A stretch of 64,000 nt of DNA from a bacterium (GTDB taxonomy: Bacteria; Vulcanimicrobiota; Xenobia; Xenobiales; JADMJV01), in NCBI GenBank assembly GCA_018266105.1, contig JAFEBA010000018.1, forward strand, positions 7,258 to 71,257. The letters run 5' to 3'. Below the pieces are notes generated by a model. That model did not search any database. It saw nothing but the letters and a program-made list of their open reading frames with translations, and was not told where the DNA came from. Shown piece after piece: positions 53,436-61,674 of the stretch (its first letter is position 1; each line of letters opens with the position of its first letter). The translations under genes and the position numbers were made by a program.

Positions 53436-54820
53436 GCCACGAGAATCTGAACTTCCGCGCGGCGGAGATTTCCATCCCGGAAATCTACAACGCCGCTTTC
53501 GAGCCCATCGGGCGCTCGGGATGGCGGAGCAATCTGGTGATTGCCTTCTGTATCCTGCTGGTGCTCACCGCCGGTTTCGCATTTGCCCGTCAGGTCTTCT
53601 GCGGCTTCTGGGTGACCGGGCTGCACATCCCCGTTTACTGGGGCTACTTCATCATCACATTCGTTTTCTGGATTGGTGTAGCTCACGCCGGAGCGCTGAT
53701 TTCAGCCCTCTTGCGACTGTGCGGCGCTGAATGGAAATCAGCCGTAACCCGCGTGGCCGAGGTGATCACTCTGTTCACCCTGCCGGCCGCCGCCTCGTTC
53801 CCGCTGATTCACGTCGGCCGCACGGAAGCAGCCTACTACTGTTTACCGTTCCCCAACCACCGTCTGCTGTGGCCCAACTTCAAATCGATGTTGGTGTGGG
53901 ACGTATTCGCGATTTCGACCTACCTGACCGGTTCGGTCATCTTCCTGTATGTCACCACGGTGCCCGACCTGGGCATCGCGCGCCCGCGTATGAAAGGCTG
54001 GCTGCGCACGCTGTACACGCTGATGAGCTGGGGCTGGCGCGGCACCGCCGAGGAATGGAAACGAGTCAAGGAAGCCGCCGCGCTCTACTCGGTCATCATT
54101 CTCCCGGTGGTTATCTCGGTGCACACCATCGTTTCTTGGGACTTCGCAATGCAGGTGGTGCCCGGATGGCACTCTGAGGTCTTCGGTCCCATCTTCTTCG
54201 TCGGCGCTCTCTACTCGGGAACGGCCGCCGTGTTCACGATGCTGTGCATCCTGATCTGGACCTACCCCTCCTTCCGACTGCTGATCACCCAGGTTCACTT
54301 CGATATGCTGGGCCGCGTCTGGCTGGTGCTGGGTCTGGCCTGGGCCTACCTGTTCTTCAACGACTTCCTGCCTGCTTACTACGCCCACAAGGCGGACAAG
54401 ATGGACTACCTCTACTACAACGCCTTTGGTGCTTACGCTCCTCACTGGTGGATGCTCGTCATCGGTAACTTCGTGGTGCCGCTGATGTGCCTGGCCTTCC
54501 AAGAGTTCCGCCGCAGCATCATCCCGATGTTTATCCTGTCCATCATCGTCAACATCTGTATGTATCTCGAGCGCGTGGTCATCATCATCCCGGGCCTCGA
54601 GATCTACAACAAACTCAACTACAACATTCTGCCTTACTCGATCAGCCCCACCGAGTTCGCCATCGTGTGCGGAACTTTCGGCTGGGTTATCGGTGGACTG
54701 ACGACCTTCTGTCGCATCTTCCCGATTCTCCCTTACTGGGAGCTGGCCGAGACCAAGTCACGTCAAATTGAGCGCGAAGTAGCCGGCGTCAACGTTGCCT
54801 ACTTCCAGTCGGGTGAGTAA
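53432..54820 (+). CDS. actC: NrfD/PsrC-like polytopic membrane quinol-interacting subunit (ActC).
   Basis: 462 aa, about 10 TM helices, NrfD-like composition. ATGA overlap with actB2. Confidence 0.8.
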   Translation: MSHENLNFRAAEISIPEIYNAAFEPIGRSGWRSNLVIAFCILLVLTAGFAFARQVFCGFWVTGLHIPVYWGYFIITFVFWIGVAHAGALISALLRLCGAEWKSAVTRVAEVITLFTLPAAASFPLIHVGRTEAAYYCLPFPNHRLLWPNFKSMLVWDVFAISTYLTGSVIFLYVTTVPDLGIARPRMKGWLRTLYTLMSWGWRGTAEEWKRVKEAAALYSVIILPVVISVHTIVSWDFAMQVVPGWHSEVFGPIFFVGALYSGTAAVFTMLCILIWTYPSFRLLITQVHFDMLGRVWLVLGLAWAYLFFNDFLPAYYAHKADKMDYLYYNAFGAYAPHWWMLVIGNFVVPLMCLAFQEFRRSIIPMFILSIIVNICMYLERVVIIIPGLEIYNKLNYNILPYSISPTEFAIVCGTFGWVIGGLTTFCRIFPILPYWELAETKSRQIEREVAGVNVAYFQSGE

Positions 54821-54823
54821 ACG

Positions 54824-56014
54824 ATGAGAGTCTGTGCTGAATTCGAAGAACACTTCACCGCGCTAGCTGCTCACAAGCATCTGGTGGATGAGGGTCTGGA
54901 CCCCCAAGAAATTGAAATCCGGAGCCCCTATCCGCTGCCTGAGCATCCCATCCCTCCGCATCGCAGCGGTCCCTACAACATGCGTGCAGTCGTGCGTTTT
55001 ATGTGGGCCGTGGCCGTGCTCTGCGGCTTCTCCTTCGTGACCTTCACTCAGTATGAGTGGGCGCCGGTTTCGGTGACCAACGGCCATCCGTTGATTCCGA
55101 TTCCAATCACCATGCTGGTCACCTACGAGTGCGGTATGATCACCGCCATCCTGACCACCACCTTTATGTTCTTCTTGGAAACCTTCAAGTTTCGCCAGCT
55201 GGTTCCGCCGCTGGAAGAGGACATGCCGGTCGCCATCGGTTACGTGGCTCTGGTTGTGGGCGGACGCTCCGCCGACCGGGCCACCAAACTGCTGGAGGGC
55301 AAGGGAGCCCGCTCGATCGTCTCTTACGCCTTCATGTTCGCCTTGCTGGGGATGTTGACGGGCTGCGCCCAGTTCAATATGCGTAAGCAGGACGTCATCA
55401 AGAGCACCGAGGCTGCGGCCGAACTGGCCCCGCCGCTGAGCGTGCGGATGCCCAGCGCGGCCGAGCAGGTTGTGCCCGCGCCTCCCACCATCGGTCTGCA
55501 GGGTGTGGCTGGCGACGAGAAGCTATTCTATGACTACCGCGCCTCGCTGGCACGGGCCATGCGCCAGGCTGGCGCCAAGGACCCCGGCGCCGCCGATACG
55601 ATGAAGGTCATGAACGAAGCCGAGGGCAAGCTCAAGGCTGAGGGTCAATACCCCAAGATGTACGAACTGAAGAACCGCCAGGCTGAGGTCGAAGCGAGTA
55701 TTGCCGGCTGGGTCAACCCGGTCAAGGCTACCGAAGAGAACCTTAAGCGCGGCGAGCAACTGTTTGCAACCAACTGCGCTCTGTGTCACGGTGACAAAGG
55801 CGAAAAGCCCGGCAAAGTAGGTGAAGTCTGCCTGCCCAAGCCCCCCGCCATCGGCACCAAGACGGCCTACCCGAATGCCAGCAAGCCGGACGGCTACTTC
55901 TACTACAACATCTATTGTGGTAAGAACAATATGCCGCCCTTCGGCTATAAGCTGACTCCCGAGGAAATCGCCCAGATTGTGCTGCACGTGCGCAAGCTGC
56001 AGAGCGCTCAGTAG
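54824..56014 (+). CDS. actDE: Fusion of ActD (DUF3341 membrane subunit) and ActE (monohaem cytochrome c) of ACIII.
   Basis: N-terminal …AEFEEHFTALAAHKHLVDEGLDPQEIEIRSPYPLPE… matches the ActD/DUF3341 start. Two TM helices, a lipobox-like LTGCAQ, then a C-terminal CALCHG haem site. Confidence 0.7.
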   Translation: MRVCAEFEEHFTALAAHKHLVDEGLDPQEIEIRSPYPLPEHPIPPHRSGPYNMRAVVRFMWAVAVLCGFSFVTFTQYEWAPVSVTNGHPLIPIPITMLVTYECGMITAILTTTFMFFLETFKFRQLVPPLEEDMPVAIGYVALVVGGRSADRATKLLEGKGARSIVSYAFMFALLGMLTGCAQFNMRKQDVIKSTEAAAELAPPLSVRMPSAAEQVVPAPPTIGLQGVAGDEKLFYDYRASLARAMRQAGAKDPGAADTMKVMNEAEGKLKAEGQYPKMYELKNRQAEVEASIAGWVNPVKATEENLKRGEQLFATNCALCHGDKGEKPGKVGEVCLPKPPAIGTKTAYPNASKPDGYFYYNIYCGKNNMPPFGYKLTPEEIAQIVLHVRKLQSAQ

Positions 56015-56067
56015 AGTCCGACCTTCGGGTCGAAAAAAGCCTCCGCCCTCGGGTGGGGGCTTTTTTT
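56015..56067 (+). terminator. Rho-independent terminator after the act operon (GC hairpin plus T7 tract), immediately before dinB.
   Basis: aaaaaaGCCTCCGCCCtcGGGTGGGGGCttttttt, with a second small hairpin CCGACCttcGGGTCG just upstream. Confidence 0.6.
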
Positions 56068-56068
56068 C

Positions 56069-57097
56069 ATGATTGCGCATATCGATATGGACGCTTTTTA
56101 CGCCTCGGTGGAGCTGCGGGATCACCCGCGCTGGAGGGGCAAGCCTTTGGTCGTGGGCTATCATGGTCCGCGCGGAGTGGTGGCGGCGGCTTCCTACGAG
56201 GCCCGTCGCTATGGCGTCTTTTCGGCCATGCCCATCGCTAAGGCGTTGCGTCTGTGCCCCGAGCTGGTGGTAGCACCACCGCGCTTTTCGGTGTATTCGG
56301 AGATCTCTCAGGGGCTGCGCCAGCTGTTCGCCGAGTATACCTCGCGAGTGGAGCCCCTGGCGCTGGACGAAGCTTACCTGGATTTGAATCACCTGGACGG
56401 GCCGGGGCGAGTTGTTGCCGAGATTCGCTCTCGCATTCGCAGACTGTTTCAGTTGCCGGCCTCGGCCGGAGTCGGTCCCAACAAATATGTGGCCAAGGTG
56501 GCTTCGGGCAAGGCCAAGCCGGACGGGCTTTTGCTGGTTTCTGAAGAGTCGGTGCTGGGGTTTTTATGGCCGCTACCGGTTTCAGAGCTTTGGGGGGTGG
56601 GGCCAGTTTCTGCCAGCAAATTGCGCAACCACGGCCTGGTCACGATCGAGCAGGTAGCTCACTCCTCGGTGGAAGAGCTGACCCGAATCGTCGGTCGTTC
56701 GGGGGGGGATTTGCACCGCATGGCCTGGGGCCGGGACGATCGCCCGGTGGAGACGGATTTCGAGGCCAAGTCCCTGTCTTGTGAGCACACCTTTGAGCGC
56801 GACTGCGAGGATGTAGAGGAGTTGCGTGCGGTGCTGGAGCGTCAGGCGCTGCGGTTGCAAGAGCGGTTGGTGCGTCAGCGCCTACGGGCGGGGCTGGTCG
56901 TGGTCAAGCTGCGCTGGCCGGATTTCAGAACCGAGACGCGCTCGCTGCGTCTGCGTCCCGGAGCGCTTTTGGCCGAGGTGGCCTGGGGGGTGTTGCAGGA
57001 GCGGCTGCGGCTGGTGGGACAGCCCGTACGCCTGTTGGGAATGGGAGTCGCTGATTTAAGCGGTGACGACCAGCCGGTGCAGCTGGAGCTATTTTAG
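56069..57097 (+). CDS. dinB: DNA polymerase IV (Y-family translesion polymerase).
   Basis: MIAHIDMDAFYASVE…GKPLVVG…GVFSAMP…LDEAYLD. Canonical DinB/UmuC motifs. Confidence 0.9.
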   Translation: MIAHIDMDAFYASVELRDHPRWRGKPLVVGYHGPRGVVAAASYEARRYGVFSAMPIAKALRLCPELVVAPPRFSVYSEISQGLRQLFAEYTSRVEPLALDEAYLDLNHLDGPGRVVAEIRSRIRRLFQLPASAGVGPNKYVAKVASGKAKPDGLLLVSEESVLGFLWPLPVSELWGVGPVSASKLRNHGLVTIEQVAHSSVEELTRIVGRSGGDLHRMAWGRDDRPVETDFEAKSLSCEHTFERDCEDVEELRAVLERQALRLQERLVRQRLRAGLVVVKLRWPDFRTETRSLRLRPGALLAEVAWGVLQERLRLVGQPVRLLGMGVADLSGDDQPVQLELF

Positions 57098-57144
57098 GGG
57101 CTGGCTCTCGAAGGCGCTCTGGCGGCTCGGTCGAATCCTGAGAG

Positions 57145-58062
57145 ATGGAAAGCGCACCTTTAGGTTCTGATACTTCCCCCCCTCTCAAACCCGGCCCGGC
57201 CGGTCCGTTGCCCACCACGATTCGCTTGGCGGGCGTGGCCTTGCTGGTGATGGCGGGTTTGAACTTTGTGTTGATGGTCACCCTGCCAAATAGCAAGGGC
57301 CACGGTGGCTCCGGTATTCTGGATATCGTCCTGGGATTGATGCTGGCCTCAGGCAATCGCTCCGGTTTGGGTTTTGCGCAACTGCGGGCCTGGCTGGGCT
57401 TGCTGCTCGGGGTTCCGGCCATGGCTTTGATGGGTGGGGCTCCCGAGGCCATCGCCCAGGGGGTGTGGTCGTTGGGGATGCTGGCTCTGCTGAAAGAGGG
57501 AGCGGGTAAGCCCCGAGTCATTTTGGGCGGAATTTTGGTCTGTGGCACGCTGGCCGTGGGTGGCCTGGCGGCACTGGTGCTCAATGTGGGCCCGGGGTTG
57601 ATCGCCTATCGCGGCCAGACCCAGCCACTGCCGGCCGACGGGCGGGTTCAGTGCAGCAATTCCAAGCTTTTGGTGAAGGTCAGTGCTCCAGGCTGGGAGC
57701 AGATGAAAGCCGAAGAAGTCAAGAAGGAGAACGATCTCTTTGATTTCTGGCTGGTTCACCCCGCCAAAGACCTGCATTTTGCCGTGCTGCCCGAGACCAG
57801 TGAGGCCGGAGTCAGCCTGCAAGCCTACACCGATGCCGTGGTCAAGGTGACGGGGTCCGAGCCGGTTTCGCGACAGGACCATCGGTTGGGCAAGATGCTG
57901 CGCTTCCACCAGAAGCTGGAGGATCTAGAACTGGAGAGGCTGGTGCTGGTGATTGTGCGGGGCCAGGATCTGTATCAGGTCCACGCCTGGTGTCTGGCCG
58001 ACCAGTTTCCGCTCCGAGAGGCGGAGCTGCGCCAGTTGTTGGATGCGGTCGAGCTGAAGTAG
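57145..58062 (+). CDS. Membrane hypothetical protein (305 aa).
   Basis: Four or five hydrophobic helices in the N-terminal half and a soluble C-terminal domain. Confidence 0.5.
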   Translation: MESAPLGSDTSPPLKPGPAGPLPTTIRLAGVALLVMAGLNFVLMVTLPNSKGHGGSGILDIVLGLMLASGNRSGLGFAQLRAWLGLLLGVPAMALMGGAPEAIAQGVWSLGMLALLKEGAGKPRVILGGILVCGTLAVGGLAALVLNVGPGLIAYRGQTQPLPADGRVQCSNSKLLVKVSAPGWEQMKAEEVKKENDLFDFWLVHPAKDLHFAVLPETSEAGVSLQAYTDAVVKVTGSEPVSRQDHRLGKMLRFHQKLEDLELERLVLVIVRGQDLYQVHAWCLADQFPLREAELRQLLDAVELK

Positions 58063-58082
58063 CTGCTAAAGTTGGGGGAAAG

Positions 58083-58571
58083 ATGAGATTTGTTCCGGTT
58101 TTATTGTTACTGCTGTCGGCTCCGCTCTGGGCGGACCCGGAAACCAATGTTTACAGCCTGATCGTGGAAGACCTCAAGGGGGTCGAGGCAGATGTGCGCA
58201 CCCTGGATCGGCTGCTGGAGAAGAAGGTCGGATACACCACTCGAGACCTGGATACAGCTCGGGCCAAGTATGCCGAGCTGAAGTCCCTCTACGAAGGCGA
58301 GCGTAAGAAGATTCAGCAGTTTCGGAGCAGTGCTCATCCTGAGGCCAAAGAAACGGTTCTCAAGCTGGTGGATAGTCAGGACAAGTGGACCTGCAATACG
58401 GTGTTCGTGATCGACATGGAAGTTCGCGGCAACGACTATTTTAAGGGCAAGTCGGTCAACTATGATCCTGATCGCGGGCCGGCCATGTCCGGCAATGCTC
58501 GGGCGGAGGCGGTGGCGGCTCGTCAGCTGTACGGCAACCTCAAGGCGGTTGTGGCCGAGAAGTTGAAGTAG
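58083..58571 (+). CDS. Secreted hypothetical protein (about 162 aa from MRFVPVLLLLLSAPLWA).
   Basis: Internal ATG at 58083 preceded by GGGGGAAAG. Signal peptide present. The track ORF is extended 31 codons upstream. Confidence 0.5.
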   Translation: MRFVPVLLLLLSAPLWADPETNVYSLIVEDLKGVEADVRTLDRLLEKKVGYTTRDLDTARAKYAELKSLYEGERKKIQQFRSSAHPEAKETVLKLVDSQDKWTCNTVFVIDMEVRGNDYFKGKSVNYDPDRGPAMSGNARAEAVAARQLYGNLKAVVAEKLK

Positions 58572-58576
58572 TCCGG

Positions 58577-59335
58577 ATGGAGATTGGAAGCGGCCCGTTG
58601 CCCTTGACTTCGCAAGCCACCCTGCAGGCCTATGCCCAGGCAGCCCCGGCCGCGGCCGGTCCGGCCGAGGTGGTGGATTCGGTCGAGCTCAGTGCCGCCC
58701 CGTCTGCCCGGCCGGTGAAGAGGTCAGGCGAGATGGGCGACTGGAAGGATACGCTGCGGGCGGTGGACCGCTTCCGCGGAGCTGTGCTGGTGCTGGGTTT
58801 TGGCAACAAGGGTCAGTACAAGGATCCGGCCGGGGCCAAGCTGGCTCTGGATCAGCTGGCCGACCAGTTTGATGCTCAATACGGCAAAGGCCGGTGGCTG
58901 GCCGTCTTTGGCGGTGATGCCTACAAGCAGGACGCGCCCGACGTAGCCCATTTGGTGCGCCATCTGCAAGAGCAACGGGCCGTGCCGGCGCTGGCTATTC
59001 AAAGCGATAAGGTCAAGGAGTGGGGTGGAGTGGACAAGCAGATCGATCTGGTCCATTACGTGCCCACCACCTTAGGGGCGGACGGTAAGATCGTTTGGGG
59101 CGGTTTCGTGGAAGGCAAGCCGGTGGGTCCGACGGCGGCCTACCTGGGTGAGGATTTTATCGGGGGCCAGAGCCCTCGCCTGAAAGCGGTGGTGGCTGTG
59201 GGCGGAGGGGAAATCGCCGGTCAGGAGGCCGTTTACGCTCGCCAGCACGGCATTCCCGTGCATTACGTGCGGGCCGAAGCTCGCTATGAGGTGCCAGGTG
59301 GTCGGTTTGGCGCCATCGATTCGATGCTGGTTTAG
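58577..59335 (+). CDS. Hypothetical protein, possibly a SLOG-superfamily (LOG/DprA-like) Rossmann-fold protein.
   Basis: …AVLVLGFGNKG…WLAVFGGDAYKQ…KAVVAVGGGEIAGQEAVYARQHGIPVHYV… is an arrangement of Gly-rich loops reminiscent of LOG/DprA Rossmann folds. This is a weak call. Confidence 0.35.
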   Translation: MEIGSGPLPLTSQATLQAYAQAAPAAAGPAEVVDSVELSAAPSARPVKRSGEMGDWKDTLRAVDRFRGAVLVLGFGNKGQYKDPAGAKLALDQLADQFDAQYGKGRWLAVFGGDAYKQDAPDVAHLVRHLQEQRAVPALAIQSDKVKEWGGVDKQIDLVHYVPTTLGADGKIVWGGFVEGKPVGPTAAYLGEDFIGGQSPRLKAVVAVGGGEIAGQEAVYARQHGIPVHYVRAEARYEVPGGRFGAIDSMLV

Positions 59336-60672
59336 CGGTTGGAAGAAGCCCAGCGATTGAGCCAGGTCCTTTTCATTTCCTGAAACTCGGTGTGCAAAGA
59401 GCGCTCCAACATGCCTTCGGAGCTGACTCCGACCAGCATTGTGGAGAGCACGCTGCCGACGATACCGCTGCTGGCGATGATTTCGGCACCGATGGGGTCG
59501 GGAGCGTTGAAGGCCAGGTAGGCGCCAAAAGTGGTGATGGCGGCGCCGATGCCGTAAATGCGACGCAGCACTCCTCGGATGTAGCCGGTGCCGGCGAAGT
59601 TCATGGCGCGCAGGCTCGGGCAGGCGGCTCGGCAGGCAATTTCGCGTCGCCTCTCCATTTCTGGAGATTTGATGGGTTCGAATCCGGTCAGGTCGACGGC
59701 CAGCCCTTCGGCGTTGACGAACAGGCCCAGCGAGACACATCGGAAGTGGTTGTCCAGTTGCTCGCGTTTGATCACGATGCCGTCGCGCACCCAGCTGATG
59801 GCGCAGGGGCGGCGCAGGGGGAGCTCACCCACGGATTGGGGTTCCATCGTGACCGCCACCAGCACAGCCAGGTTGACCTGGGGAGGGACCTGAGCAAGCG
59901 GTTGATAGACATTGTTGAGTTTGGATGTTCCCGGGTTGACCGGCTTGTAGCCGCCAGCGGTGAGTTGGGCCACCGGCAGTTCGGGCAGATCGGCAGGGCC
60001 GAGAGCCAGGCGAATGGGATAGCTGATGGGGCTGAAGCCGTGCATGGGACAGCCGAGCAGCGAATCCAGGCGCTGACCCGCCACCGTCAGTGGGATAGGG
60101 CAGGTGAAGCAGTGTTCGCGTAATTCTTTGCGCAAGTCGGTGTTGACCTGGCCGGCATCCAGAGCAGCCTTGATGTTCAGCGGTCCGGCCAGGCAGTTGC
60201 GATTGGAGATCGCAAGTTCTAGATTCGGGCCGGGAGGAGCCGCACGTCGTCGCAGCTTGCTGCCGTCCCAGAAGAGAATTTCTGAGACTCCCGGTAGGGC
60301 CAGGCGGAAAGGACGTTTGTTTTTGATGGCCGTCGGCCAGAGGCCGCGCTTGAAATGGTCGAGGGCCAGGTCGGAGCTGACCTGGGGATCGTAGAAGGCA
60401 GCTTCAACCTGGCTCAGAGTCCACTTGAGCGAAGGTTTCTCGAAGACGAAGACGTTTTCGCCATTGGTCTGGCGCACGCTGAGACTGTGTGCGCCTCCCA
60501 CCACAGCCGACTGCACGAGTTTGCAGGCCCAGGCGTTTTCTCGCGGCAGCTGAAAGGCGGCCAGTTTTTCCAGGGCCTTCTCGCCGGCGATGGTAAAGGA
60601 GCCGGCCGAGTCTAGCCGGGCTTCATCCAACTGGTCGGAGAGCAGGCGATCGAGCTCGGAGAGTTCGTCCAA
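59332..60672 (-). CDS. Hypothetical protein (about 446 aa if started at TTG 60672) with a C-terminal hydrophobic segment.
   Basis: The first 96 codons of the track ORF overlap the upstream M48 gene. There is no ATG until residue about 300. The first start candidate after the upstream stop is a TTG two codons downstream. Confidence 0.4.
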   Translation of the reverse strand: MDELSELDRLLSDQLDEARLDSAGSFTIAGEKALEKLAAFQLPRENAWACKLVQSAVVGGAHSLSVRQTNGENVFVFEKPSLKWTLSQVEAAFYDPQVSSDLALDHFKRGLWPTAIKNKRPFRLALPGVSEILFWDGSKLRRRAAPPGPNLELAISNRNCLAGPLNIKAALDAGQVNTDLRKELREHCFTCPIPLTVAGQRLDSLLGCPMHGFSPISYPIRLALGPADLPELPVAQLTAGGYKPVNPGTSKLNNVYQPLAQVPPQVNLAVLVAVTMEPQSVGELPLRRPCAISWVRDGIVIKREQLDNHFRCVSLGLFVNAEGLAVDLTGFEPIKSPEMERRREIACRAACPSLRAMNFAGTGYIRGVLRRIYGIGAAITTFGAYLAFNAPDPIGAEIIASSGIVGSVLSTMLVGVSSEGMLERSLHTEFQEMKRTWLNRWASSNR

Positions 60673-60674
60673 GG

Positions 60675-61577
60675 CTAGAAATTCTCGGCTCGAGCGAGTC
60701 GCTGGCTCAGAGGCGGGTGATCCTGGTCGGTGGCCGGTTTGTTGAAGGCCGTTTCGATCATCTGCAGAGCCACCAGCATGTGCTTGAGGTTTTGCTTGGG
60801 GTAGCCGGCTTTTTCGAGTAGCTGTGAGCCCCTCTGGTCGGCCCTGAATTCCTTTTCCCAGTTGGAGTTCTGCAGGGCCTCGGGTAGCTCCATCAGCAGA
60901 GTGTGGCCGGGTCCCTGGGTTCCGCACATTCCCAGCTGTTCGGTGAGGACCTGTTGACCCCAACTGGCGGCAATGTCTCGATGCTCGATGTGAGCCACCT
61001 CGTGGGCCAGCACCGCAGCCAGAAGGTCTTCGCTTTGCAGGCCGTGCTCACGCATATAGTCGTGGAGAGCCCGGGCCGGCTGCTGCTGGGGCTGAGTGGG
61101 GCCGCCGGCCTGGTCGAAGAGTTCCACCATCCCCATGGTGATATTGATCAGTCCTCCGCCCTGGGCCTGGGCGTTGATGGCGCTGCGCTCCTCGAGGATG
61201 GGACTGAGCTTGAGGTCGCCCAGAGTGGAGGCATCAGCCAGTTTCTTACAGATGGATTCCAGTCGGGGGTTGATGCTGCTTTCGTAAGTGGAATTGGCGA
61301 AAGCCACCCGCGAAGCCCATTTGGATTCCTGCTGAGGAGTGACCAGTTCTTGCCCGACCTGTTCGGCCAATCCGACCAGCAGTCCGCAGCCTTGGGTGCC
61401 AAATTGGGTCTGCCAACGGGCCAGTTGGGGCAACCAGCTGGGGGTGCCGGCTTTGCCACTGAATTCCAACTGGTCGGCAGTTGGGGCGGCCTCAGGCGGA
61501 GCGGCCGCGGCTGTGGTCGGGCTCAGGCGTTGGGGCATGACCTCGGCCAGGCGCTGACCGAATTGGATCGCGAGCAT
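60675..61577 (-). CDS. M48-family zinc metalloprotease (HtpX/BepA-like).
   Basis: LAHEVAHIEHRD (HExxH) and distal EFRADQRG (ExxAD…G). Start taken at the internal Met, i.e. the ATG within the CATG at 61575..61578. Confidence 0.65.
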   Translation of the reverse strand: MLAIQFGQRLAEVMPQRLSPTTAAAAPPEAAPTADQLEFSGKAGTPSWLPQLARWQTQFGTQGCGLLVGLAEQVGQELVTPQQESKWASRVAFANSTYESSINPRLESICKKLADASTLGDLKLSPILEERSAINAQAQGGGLINITMGMVELFDQAGGPTQPQQQPARALHDYMREHGLQSEDLLAAVLAHEVAHIEHRDIAASWGQQVLTEQLGMCGTQGPGHTLLMELPEALQNSNWEKEFRADQRGSQLLEKAGYPKQNLKHMLVALQMIETAFNKPATDQDHPPLSQRLARAENF

Positions 61578-61674
61578 GGGAAGGTTTTCGACTTCATTGT
61601 GGTCTGAACCTGTGAAGCCAAGTCGGCCGGAGTATGCTACACTATGCTTTAACACACCGGACAGCGGGGACGAA

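Noticed and set aside
60673-60963. First 96 codons of track ORF 59332..60963.
   Set aside because: They overlap the coding region of the upstream M48 protease gene and are Gly/Pro/Arg/Ala-rich. I moved the start to just after the upstream stop.
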